A DNA stretch of 26,245 nt from a bacterium (lineage in GTDB: Bacteria > Arandabacterota > Arandabacteria > Arandabacterales > JALGWA01). Shown here one piece after another: positions 18,844 to 26,245 of this stretch. Location: contig JASFEA010000026.1 of the NCBI GenBank assembly GCA_050125095.1, forward strand, positions 1-26,245, given 5' to 3'. The notes beneath the pieces were generated by a model. The model worked only from the letters and a program-made list of their open reading frames with translations, was not told where the DNA came from and searched no databases. The position numbers and the translations under genes were made by a program. Every line of letters begins with the position of its first letter. Positions within the stretch are counted from its first letter, which is position 1.

Positions 18844-19593
18844 GTGGAATCCAGAATAAAGAGCAACTTCGCGAAGAAGTGGGATAGACATTTCCCCGGT
18901 GCCGAGCTGCCCCTTGTCTTCTATTATGCCGACGATGCGCCTGAAGAGCCGGTGCACGTGCCGGAGGGCTGGCACTGCCTCATCTGCGACCTGATTGTGG
19001 CGCGGCGCGGAGAAGTGCTGTACTACGATGCAGACACAGTCGGATGCGGAGGCGCCAGGAGGTCCCTGGGGTTCAGCGAGCAAGAGATGCCCGACCTGGA
19101 GTATTTCCTGTCATGCGGCATCGCCGGCAGGATGGAGGGGGAGCGCTATAAGAGCTCACCCGAAATCGTCAAGAGGCTGATGGCGAACTACCCGCGTTTC
19201 AAGGCGCCGGGCAGGTATATCGTGTTCAAACGGTGGGACAAGGTCGCTGCCGGAGACGAGCCGGAGGCAGTCATATTCTTCGCGACTCCCGATGTCCTCT
19301 CGGGGCTCTTCACGCTTGCCAATTACGAGGAAGAGGATCCGCACGGAGTCATTGCGCCTTTCGCGTCGGGCTGCGCGTCCATCGTCCACTTCCCCCACCT
19401 TGAAGGCCGGTCCGAACACCCGCGGGCGACGCTGGGCATGTTCGACGTGTCCGCCCGGCCGTGCGTGGAGGGCAATATACTGACCATAACCGTTCCCTGG
19501 CTCAGGTTCACGCGTATGGTGGACAACATGGACGAGAGCTTCCTGATTACGGGCGCCTGGGACAAGGTGCGCAGGCGAATAAAGGGCAAGTAA
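18844..19593 (+). CDS. DUF169 domain-containing protein
   Basis: Motifs GCGGARRSLGF, FLSCGI, EGERYK, PDVLSGLFTLANY, PFASGCAS and GMFDVSARP. RBS GGAGG before GTG. Confidence 0.75.
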   Translation: MESRIKSNFAKKWDRHFPGAELPLVFYYADDAPEEPVHVPEGWHCLICDLIVARRGEVLYYDADTVGCGGARRSLGFSEQEMPDLEYFLSCGIAGRMEGERYKSSPEIVKRLMANYPRFKAPGRYIVFKRWDKVAAGDEPEAVIFFATPDVLSGLFTLANYEEEDPHGVIAPFASGCASIVHFPHLEGRSEHPRATLGMFDVSARPCVEGNILTITVPWLRFTRMVDNMDESFLITGAWDKVRRRIKGK

Positions 19594-19629
19594 GAGCGTA
19601 ACGACAACCGCACACAACGGAGGGACGGA

Positions 19630-20583
19630 ATGGCGCCAGGCGATCCCGGGGGTGCAGGACATGCGAAGGAAGCAGGCCACGCGAAGGAAGCAGGCCACGC
19701 GAAGGAAGCAGGACATACGAATGAAACCATAAGGCTCCTGCTGGGGCGGTCGAGCTCGCGCAAGTTCCTGGATAAGCAGGTGCCGGCCGACATAATGCAC
19801 ACCGTACTCAGCGCGGGCGTACACGCCCCGACAGGCGGGAATCTCCAGCCCTACTCCATAATCAAGATAGAAGACCCTGAGGTCAGGAAGAGGCTGGCCG
19901 AGCTCAACCTCAGCCAGCCATATATCGAGGCCGCCCCCGTCAGCCTTCTCTTCTGCATAGACTGGCGAAGGCTCAAGCGCTGGGCCGACCTGGAGGTGGC
20001 TCCCTTCGGTGCGACGAGTTCGTTCAGGCACTTCTGGATTTCATTCCAGGACACCGTGATCGCGGCCCAGAACATCTCTACCGCTGCCGACGCCCTCGGC
20101 CTGGGATCGGTTTATATAGGCACGGTTTTGGAGTGCTTCCGCGAAATCAGGAACATGTTCGAACTCCCCGATGGGGTGTTCCCCGTCGTTCTCCTCTGTA
20201 TCGGATACCCCGAGAAGCGCGCCGAGCCCAGGAATAAGCTGCCCGTGGAGGTCGTGGTGCATAACGAGAAGTACCGGGAGATTCCCGATGGAGATCTCCT
20301 GGAGGCATATCGCGCCAAGTACAAAGACACCACCTTCGCGGTAAGCGAAGACCTCCTCGGGAAGGTCTCGAGGGCCTGCCGCGCAATCGGCGGCGAGGCG
20401 CTGGAGAAAAGGTGCATGGAGAGCATAAGGGCGGCGGGGCACATAAAGATGGCGCAGCGTTATTTCGGGACGCATTATGAGGCCGGTGAGATGGTCGAGG
20501 GCAATGATGAGTATCTTAAGATAATGGAGGACTTCGGTTTCGATTGGTTCAAGAAGTTCACTCCCCATGATGAGAGGAAGTGA
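19630..20583 (+). CDS. Nitroreductase family protein (NfsA-like) with an 18-bp repeat N-terminal extension
   Basis: Motifs RSSSRKF, APTGGNLQPYSII, DTVIAAQN, LGLGSVYIG and CIGYP. The N-terminus carries AGHAKE x3. Confidence 0.88.
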   Translation: MAPGDPGGAGHAKEAGHAKEAGHAKEAGHTNETIRLLLGRSSSRKFLDKQVPADIMHTVLSAGVHAPTGGNLQPYSIIKIEDPEVRKRLAELNLSQPYIEAAPVSLLFCIDWRRLKRWADLEVAPFGATSSFRHFWISFQDTVIAAQNISTAADALGLGSVYIGTVLECFREIRNMFELPDGVFPVVLLCIGYPEKRAEPRNKLPVEVVVHNEKYREIPDGDLLEAYRAKYKDTTFAVSEDLLGKVSRACRAIGGEALEKRCMESIRAAGHIKMAQRYFGTHYEAGEMVEGNDEYLKIMEDFGFDWFKKFTPHDERK

Positions 20584-20613
20584 GCGGCGGAAGCCGCAGG
20601 AGGTGGCATAGAG

Positions 20614-21204
20614 ATGTTCAATGACATCCCTGGTCCCGTGCACAAGAGGATGAAGTACCTGGAGGAGCTTGACGCCAGGCATCGAAAACAGGAGATGGAT
20701 GGCTTCAAGAGGCTCAGGCAGATTCCACCCCAGACGGGCAGGTTTATCGCGCTTCTCTGCGCCGCAGCGCCGGAGGGCGCCTGCCTGGAGATAGGGACGA
20801 GCGGCGGGTACTCGGGCATGTGGCTTTCGCTCGCCTGCCGGGCGACAGGCAAACGTCTCACCACATTCGAGGTGGCCGACGCCAAGATCGAGATCGCGAC
20901 CGAGACATTCAAGGCGGCGGGGCTGGATGATATCGTTAAGATCGTGCCGGGTGACGCGCGAGAGCATATCGGCGATCACGCGGACATCGGTTTCTGCTTC
21001 CTCGACGCCGAGAAGGACGCCTATGATGAGTGCTACGAGCTTGTCGTGCCCAACCTGGTCAAGGGTGGGATTCTGGTTGCGGACAACGTCATCAGCCATG
21101 AAAAAATCCTCAGACCCTGGGTCGAGAAGATTCTTGCCGATGAGAGAGTGGACGCGCTGGTCGTGCCGATAGGTAGCGGCGAGCTTGTTGTGAGGAAGAC
21201 ATAG
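20614..21204 (+). CDS. Class I SAM-dependent O-methyltransferase
   Basis: Motifs LEIGTSGGYSG, GDA, FLDAEK and GGILVADNV. Confidence 0.88.
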   Translation: MFNDIPGPVHKRMKYLEELDARHRKQEMDGFKRLRQIPPQTGRFIALLCAAAPEGACLEIGTSGGYSGMWLSLACRATGKRLTTFEVADAKIEIATETFKAAGLDDIVKIVPGDAREHIGDHADIGFCFLDAEKDAYDECYELVVPNLVKGGILVADNVISHEKILRPWVEKILADERVDALVVPIGSGELVVRKT

Positions 21205-21293
21205 AAGGAGGAACCGCGTGGGGTCTGGGCCGGGCTTCGAAGGGATGATATCAAGTTGAAGGCCCTGCGGAGAGGCTTTGCCAGGAGGGTTCT

Positions 21294-23228
21294 ATGAGGA
21301 GGATGTGTATTTCACTTGCGTTGCTGGCATGGGCGCTTATCGCGTTTTGTCCGGCCTCGGCCGTGGAGGTGGAGACCCTGCCGCGCGGCCTGGACGAGGT
21401 AAGGCATCCCGAATGGAGCTATAATGCCGGCATATATGAGGTCAACGTGAGGCAGTTCTCACCCGGCGGAACCTTCAGGGAGTTCGAGGCCCATCTGCCG
21501 AGGCTGCGGGACATGGGCGTCGGTATCCTGTGGTTCATGCCGATTCACCCGATCGGCGAAAAAAACCGCAAGGGCACGCTCGGGAGCTACTACTCGGTAA
21601 AAGACTATTACGGCGTGAATCCCGAATTCGGCACGCTCGATGAGTTCAGGGCGCTTGTCGATAAGATCCATGACATGGGTATGTATGTGATCATAGACTG
21701 GGTCGCCAACCACTCCGCCTGGGACAACCCGCTCACGGAGGAGCACCCGGACTGGTACACGCGCGATAATTTCGGCAACTTCAAGCCGCCCGTCGCCGAC
21801 TGGTATGACGTCATTCAACTCGATTACCGTAACTGGGATCTCCGCCGCTACATGATCGACGCGATGAAGTTCTGGGTGGAGGATGTGGGGATCGACGGCT
21901 TCAGATGCGACGTCGCCGGCATGGTGCCGCTGGACTTCTGGGAGGCGGCGCGGGCCGAGCTTGAGGCCGTAAAGCCGGTGTTCATGCTCGCCGAGTGGGA
22001 GTCGCCGGCCGCGCATCATGCCGCATTCGACATGACCTATTCCTGGGACCTCTCCAACACCATGAACAACATCGGCGGGAACAGGGCGACGGCCGACGCC
22101 ATCGATGCCTATCTGGGACGCGAGACCCGGGCTTACAAGCGGGACGATTTCCGCATGCTCTTCACGACCAACCACGATGAGAACTCCTGGAACGGAACGG
22201 TATTCGAGAGGCTCGGCGGCGGTGTGGAGGCCTTCGCGGCGCTGTCGGCCACGCTTCCGGGCATGCCGCTTGTGTACAGCGGGCAGGAGGCGGGCCTCAA
22301 CAAGCGGCTCGACTTCTTCGAGAAAGACGAGATCCCCTGGGGCGGGCACCGTTACCGGCAGCTCTACACGACGCTCCTCAAACTCAAGCTGCGTAACCGC
22401 GCGCTCTGGAACGGCGAGGCCGGCGGGCTTCTCGAACGCGTGTACACGTCCGCCGACCAGTCGGTGTTCGCATTCGTCCGGAGAAAGCACGGCTACGGGG
22501 TTTTCGCCGTTTTCAACCTCTCGGGATTCGACCAGAGCGTCACGCTTTCGGGTGACGCGTATTCGGGCCGGTACCGCGATGTCTTTACAGGTGAAGCGGC
22601 GGTCTTCGAAGGCGGAGCCGAGATGGAACTTGACGCCTGGGAATTCCTGCTGTACGAGGCAGTCGCGCCGGAGGGCGGCGGCGACATGTCCGACCTGGCC
22701 ATGTATATGACGGGCTCCTTCAGCAGCCTGGCCCAGGCGAGGGCGGACTCGGACTATATCGACATACGCCTGGAAGTTGTCCCCGTATGGCCTGACCGCA
22801 GTGACGGGCCGTGGCTCTATGTCGAGCAGGCTCTGGCTTCTCGCAAGAGCCGGCCCTACCGGCAGCGCGTATATCATCTTGTGGACAACGGCGACGGGAC
22901 AATCGGCAGTGAGGTGTATTCAATCGAGGAGCCGCTGCGTTTCGCGGGCGACTGGAGACTTGATGAGCCCCTGGCCGGGCTGTCGCCCGATTCTCTGGCG
23001 GTTCGCGAAGGATGTGCCGTAGTCCTGCGGCGCATTTCAGCGAAAACATTCGAAGGCAGTACTGTGGAGAGGGAATGCGAAAGCAGCCTGCGCGGCGCCG
23101 TCTTCGCCACATCGGAGGTCAGCGTAACGCGCGAGCGCCTCATGAGCTGGGATAGGGGCTTCGACGCCGAAGGCAACCAGGTATGGGGCGCTACAAAGGG
23201 CCCTTATATTTTCGACAGACTCTATTAA
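21294..23228 (+). CDS. Secreted GH13 alpha-amylase family protein fused to a C-terminal CpcT/CpeT-like domain
   Basis: GH13 conserved regions DWVANH, DGFRCDVAG, MLAEW and TNHDEN. From ~22686: MTGSFSS..Q, WLYVEQA, PYRQRVY, SWDRGFD..GNQVWGA.KGPYIF. Confidence 0.87.
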   Translation: MRRMCISLALLAWALIAFCPASAVEVETLPRGLDEVRHPEWSYNAGIYEVNVRQFSPGGTFREFEAHLPRLRDMGVGILWFMPIHPIGEKNRKGTLGSYYSVKDYYGVNPEFGTLDEFRALVDKIHDMGMYVIIDWVANHSAWDNPLTEEHPDWYTRDNFGNFKPPVADWYDVIQLDYRNWDLRRYMIDAMKFWVEDVGIDGFRCDVAGMVPLDFWEAARAELEAVKPVFMLAEWESPAAHHAAFDMTYSWDLSNTMNNIGGNRATADAIDAYLGRETRAYKRDDFRMLFTTNHDENSWNGTVFERLGGGVEAFAALSATLPGMPLVYSGQEAGLNKRLDFFEKDEIPWGGHRYRQLYTTLLKLKLRNRALWNGEAGGLLERVYTSADQSVFAFVRRKHGYGVFAVFNLSGFDQSVTLSGDAYSGRYRDVFTGEAAVFEGGAEMELDAWEFLLYEAVAPEGGGDMSDLAMYMTGSFSSLAQARADSDYIDIRLEVVPVWPDRSDGPWLYVEQALASRKSRPYRQRVYHLVDNGDGTIGSEVYSIEEPLRFAGDWRLDEPLAGLSPDSLAVREGCAVVLRRISAKTFEGSTVERECESSLRGAVFATSEVSVTRERLMSWDRGFDAEGNQVWGATKGPYIFDRLY

Positions 23229-23250
23229 AGAGGCCCCCGAGGCCTGCGGG

Positions 23251-23275
23251 ATTGTGCATTTCAAGACCTGACCCC
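23251..23275 (-). repeat. Copy of the dispersed 25-bp repeat
   Basis: ATTGTGCATTTCAAGACCTGACCCC is the exact reverse complement of 9089-9113. Confidence 0.85.
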
Positions 23276-23312
23276 TCAGTTTGCCCCCCGGGCCCCGCGA
23301 TGATGACAGCAC

Positions 23313-23341
23313 TTGAAAAGCGGTCAAGTCAGTGGTATAAT
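23313..23341 (+). promoter_or_regulatory. Sigma70 promoter of selenoprotein paralog 1
   Basis: TTGAAA-17 bp-TATAAT with an extended -10 (TGG TATAAT). Confidence 0.7.
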
Positions 23342-23403
23342 GACTTATTGCAGGTTGTACGGGAGTATCTAGTGGGCGATATGCATGCTGAAAGGGGGTT
23401 CCG

Positions 23404-24489
23404 ATGAGGCTTACCGCTATAGCAGTACTGACTCTGCTGCTGGCGTCGTTGCCGGCATACTCCGCTCAGCGCCAGGTGGTGGTGGAGGACTTCACCAACT
23501 CCGGCTGAGGCGGCTGCGCAAGTATCAGAGCGGGGATGGACAGCATCTACGCTCTGTACGAGGGGCAGGTTGTCCCTCTGAGGATTCACACCTGGTGGCC
23601 GAGCGGTTCTGATTGTTTCTGGCTGTTTAATTCCACGGAGCTGGAGGACCGCATACTGTATTATTACGGCATAGAGCCGTGGCCGAGTTCGCTATACGTG
23701 CCGAGCCATCGTTTCGAAGGCAAGTACATCCACGACCGTTTCGACGGCTCGTTTTCGTCTGACCAGGAGTGGTATGACTGGGTCGGCAGCACGCTGGACA
23801 GTCTGCTGGCGATCCCCAGCCCGCTCCGAATCGCGAACTTCGACCAGTACCCGATGCTCGATTCGGTATATGTGAGTTTCGACGTTGTTGCGGATGATTC
23901 GGTTTATGTCACCGGAGGCCTGAGGATCAACCTTGTGGTTGCCGAGTGGAAGCACCGGTGTCCCTATCCGGTGGGTGCTCATGAGCATGTCGTAAGGGAT
24001 TACCTGTTTGGTTATCTGGGTACTCCCATCAGCATGCAGGTCGGCGACTCGCTGCACTTCGACTGGGCCTATTACATAGACCCTGAGTACAGAAACGACC
24101 GCCTGGTTACCAATATTTATGTTGAGGACGTGTCCCATAACGGCATTCTCCAGGCGCGCAGGGAGGTCATACCCGAGGAGCTCAGCGGCGTAGACGTGGG
24201 CGAGCAGATCATACCCGCTTCTATCGAGCCTGCGGTCCCCAATCCTTTCACAACAGAGACGCGCATCGCTTTCAATATGAGCCGGCAGGGCCATGTCCGC
24301 CTGTCGGTCTATACGCCTGAGGGCAGGCTCGTTACGGATGTTGTGGATGAGACTATGGGGCCGGGTAGCCACAGCGCTGTATGGAACGGCCGCGACGGTT
24401 CTGGCAATGAGATGGGAAGCGGCATCTATTACTATCGTCTCGTGACCGGGGAGACCACTCTCACCGGCAAGATGATACTGCTTCGATAG
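23404..24489 (+). CDS. Predicted secreted selenoprotein: Omp28-like thioredoxin fold with UxxC motif and C-terminal FlgD-Ig/T9SS-like domain (361 aa, Sec at codon 35)
   Basis: RBS AAAGGGGG, then ATG 23404 gives MRLTAIAVLTLLLASLPAYSA-QRQVVVEDFTNSG-TGA(23506-23508)-GGCASIRAG, in frame with ORF 23536..24489. Matches the Omp28-like 'V..E.FT..WC..C' pattern. SECIS-like hairpin follows. Confidence 0.88.
23522..23559 (+). promoter_or_regulatory. Putative bacterial SECIS element, paralog 1
   Basis: GTA-(bulged T)-CAGAGCG-g-GGATG [GACAG loop] CATCT-a-CGCTCTG-TAC. The loop begins 31 nt after the TGA and starts with G. Confidence 0.72.
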
Positions 24490-24497
24490 TGTAACTT

Positions 24498-24536
24498 AAG
24501 GGCGGGTAAGGACTTACGGGTCCAGCCCGCCCTTTT
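24498..24536 (+). terminator. Probable intrinsic terminator after paralog 1
   Basis: AAGGGCGGG...CCCGCCCTT stem with an inner GGAC/GTCC pairing, ending in TTTT. Confidence 0.6.
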
Positions 24537-24610
24537 CATATCCACCCTGCCGGCCCCCCGGGAAGAGCCGGAAATCGTGGGCGACATGGTTTCCCGGCGG
24601 CCCCAATCTC

Positions 24611-24639
24611 TTGATTCTGGCTTTCGTAAGTGGTATAAT
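24611..24639 (+). promoter_or_regulatory. Sigma70 promoter of selenoprotein paralog 2
   Basis: TTGATT-17 bp-TATAAT; shares AGTGGTATAAT with the paralog 1 promoter. Confidence 0.7.
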
Positions 24640-24714
24640 AACCAATAGGAAGGGTGTGGACCGGCCTCTCCGGTGGGTTACGAGTGAACAGGATATGCCT
24701 AAGAGGGGGTATGT

Positions 24715-25746
24715 ATGATCTTGCGCATAGTGGCGGTAATGTCGATCCTGGTTGTGGTCGCTCTGCCGGCCTTCGCCGTCCAGCGAGTGGTGGTCTACGA
24801 GCAGTTCACCAACTCCGGCTGAGGCGGCTGCACCTCTATCAAGGATAGCGTGGACGTTATCCTTGAGGAGTACGCGGGGCAGGTTGTCCCGATTCGGTAT
24901 CACGTGTGGTGGCCGAACGGCTCTGACTGTTTCTGGCTGTTCAACCAGCCTGAGGTCACCGACCGCGTGGACTATTACGGTGTTCCTGCGGTTCCCCAGA
25001 TTCACATCGACGGGCCCGAGTACAATCTTGTAACCTACGATGGACTCCGCGCCAAGTTCGATGAAAGGCTGGCGGTGTCGAGTCCCATCAGGATAGCCAA
25101 CTTCGTTCAGATGCCCTACCTGGATTCGGTTTATGTGAGTTTTGACGTTATAGCGGATGAAGAGCCCTCAGGCACTGATCTCAGGCTGCGCCTAGCCGTG
25201 ACCGAGTGGAGGCACCGCTGCCCGTATCCGGTAGGCGCGCATGACCATGTCTTCCGGGATTTCGTGCCGGACGCGGACGGCTATTCTTTCGCGATGCTCC
25301 AGGGAGACTCGCTGCATTTCGAATGGGCCTACTATGTGGACCCCGAGTACAGGCTCGACAGGCTTGTAACCAATATCTTCATTCAGAAGGCCGCGAACAA
25401 GGGGATTCACCAGGCCTACAGGGAGTACGTACCGGACTACAGCGGCGTGGACGTAGTGGAGAACCCGCTTCCTATCGCGGTGGATCCCAATTACCCGAAC
25501 CCGTTCAGGACCTCCACCAGGATTACATATCACATAAACCGCGGCGACAACGTCCGGCTATCGGTGTACACGCCGACGGGCCGGCTCGTGAGCCACATCG
25601 TCGAGGGCTATGTGGGTCCCGGCTCGCACACCGCGACCTGGGACGGGCGTGACCGTTTTGGCAATGAGATGGCAAGTGGTGTCTTCTATTATCAGCTGGC
25701 CACCGGCGAAGGCACGGTGACGGGCAAGATGATGCTGTTGAGATAG
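24715..25746 (+). CDS. Predicted secreted selenoprotein, paralog 2: Omp28-like UxxC protein with C-terminal FlgD-Ig/T9SS-like domain (343 aa, Sec at codon 36)
   Basis: RBS AGAGGGGG, then ATG 24715 gives MILRIVAVMSILVVVALPAFA-VQRVVVYEQFTNSG-TGA(24820-24822)-GGCTSIKDS, in frame with ORF 24850..25746. Confidence 0.88.
24834..24870 (+). promoter_or_regulatory. Putative bacterial SECIS element, paralog 2
   Basis: CTCT-(bulged A)-TCAAGGATAGCG [TGGA loop] CGTTATCCTTGA-GGAG, a 12-bp upper stem. The loop begins 29 nt after the TGA. Confidence 0.75.
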
Positions 25747-25756
25747 GTTTTGTCGA

Positions 25757-25784
25757 GGCCCGGGGGCCGCGGCGCCTCCGGGCC
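25757..25784 (+). terminator. GC-rich hairpin after paralog 2 (terminator or processing site)
   Basis: GGCCCGGGGGC...GCCTCCGGGCC stem with only a weak U-tract. Confidence 0.4.
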
Positions 25785-25847
25785 CAACTTTGGTCTAGTC
25801 ATACCGGAATCGAGCTGTTATATATGGGAAGGGCAAGGGCTGAACTG

Positions 25848-26245
25848 ATGACACGTAAAAAGAGCCTGACAATCATTGCGGTGATGGTGCTTATCCTGGC
25901 CGTGCCGGCAACCGCCGGCAAGACCATGAACGCGCCGGACTTCACGCTCGCCAACCTAAAAGGCAAGGACGTCACACTTTCGGATGTGCTCAGGGAAGGG
26001 CCGGTGCTGCTCGATTTCTGGGCTACCTGGTGCAAGCCCTGCGTAAAGGCGTTCCCCGGCCTGCAGGACCTTTACGAGAAGTACGGAGACCGCGGCCTCA
26101 GGGTCGTAACCGTGTCGGTCGACAGCCCCAAGTCCCAGGCGCGCGTCGCGCCTCTCATCAACTCCAAACGCTACACCTTCGAAGTGCTTCTCGATACGCA
26201 GGGGCGCGTCGCCAAGAGATACAATGTCATGGCGCTTCCCCGCAC
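25848..26245 (+). CDS. TlpA/ResA-family thiol:disulfide oxidoreductase (partial, runs off the window)
   Basis: Absent from the ORF track because no stop lies in the window. Translates as MTRKKSLTIIAVMVLILAVPATAG...APDFTLANLKGKDVTLS...VLLDFWATWCKPC...VSVD...YTFEVLLD...YNVMALP. Confidence 0.9.
   Translation, partial: MTRKKSLTIIAVMVLILAVPATAGKTMNAPDFTLANLKGKDVTLSDVLREGPVLLDFWATWCKPCVKAFPGLQDLYEKYGDRGLRVVTVSVDSPKSQARVAPLINSKRYTFEVLLDTQGRVAKRYNVMALPR

Noticed and set aside
547-22877. Long antisense or alternate-frame ORFs (e.g. 547-1383, 2016-2909, 2906-4129, 7073-7984, 12224-13429, 17656-19083, 20041-21099, 21459-22877)
   Set aside because: They are shadows of well-supported genes in GC-rich DNA and have no recognisable motifs.
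23506-24822. Reading the two TGAs as nonsense mutations (pseudogenes) or as a TGA=Trp/Gly genetic code
   Set aside because: The same TGA occurs in both diverged paralogs at the redox Cys position, with downstream hairpins. TGA serves as a normal stop elsewhere (404, 2765, 11893, 20583) and Trp is encoded by TGG, so the code is not reassigned.
23385-24848. Short ORFs 23385-23612 and 24654-24848 with similar 'HQLRLRRL' peptides
   Set aside because: They are out-of-frame readings of the conserved FTNSG-U-GGC block; the signal-peptide frame explains the similarity.

Overview
GC-rich bacterial genomic window with no rRNA, tRNA, CRISPR or transposase visible. Secreted proteins ending in FlgD-Ig/T9SS-like domains or a 'TWGxIKxxY' tail suggest an FCB-group candidate lineage (Eisenbacteria, Krumholzibacteriota or Latescibacterota-like); this is inference. 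Most genes are on the + strand and encode peptide, amino-acid and sugar scavenging functions: RocD, a CocE/NonD hydrolase, Tat-signal TldD plus PmbA, a serine hydrolase, a C69 dipeptidase, DUF169, a nitroreductase, a methyltransferase and a GH13 amylase fused to a CpcT/CpeT-like domain. A two-gene minus-strand block (S8 peptidase plus a TWG-tail protein) lies between copies of a ~25-bp dispersed intergenic repeat. The main signal, which the ORF track misses, is a selenium system. Two tandem paralogous secreted Omp28-like thioredoxin-fold genes (23404-24489 and 24715-25746) each carry an in-frame TGA in an identical FTNSG-U-GG-C (UxxC) motif. Each TGA is followed by a SECIS-like hairpin at the same spacing, and each gene has its own sigma70-type promoter. 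A TlpA-type CxxC reductase follows them, and a NifS-SelD fusion (9677-11893) lies in the same window.
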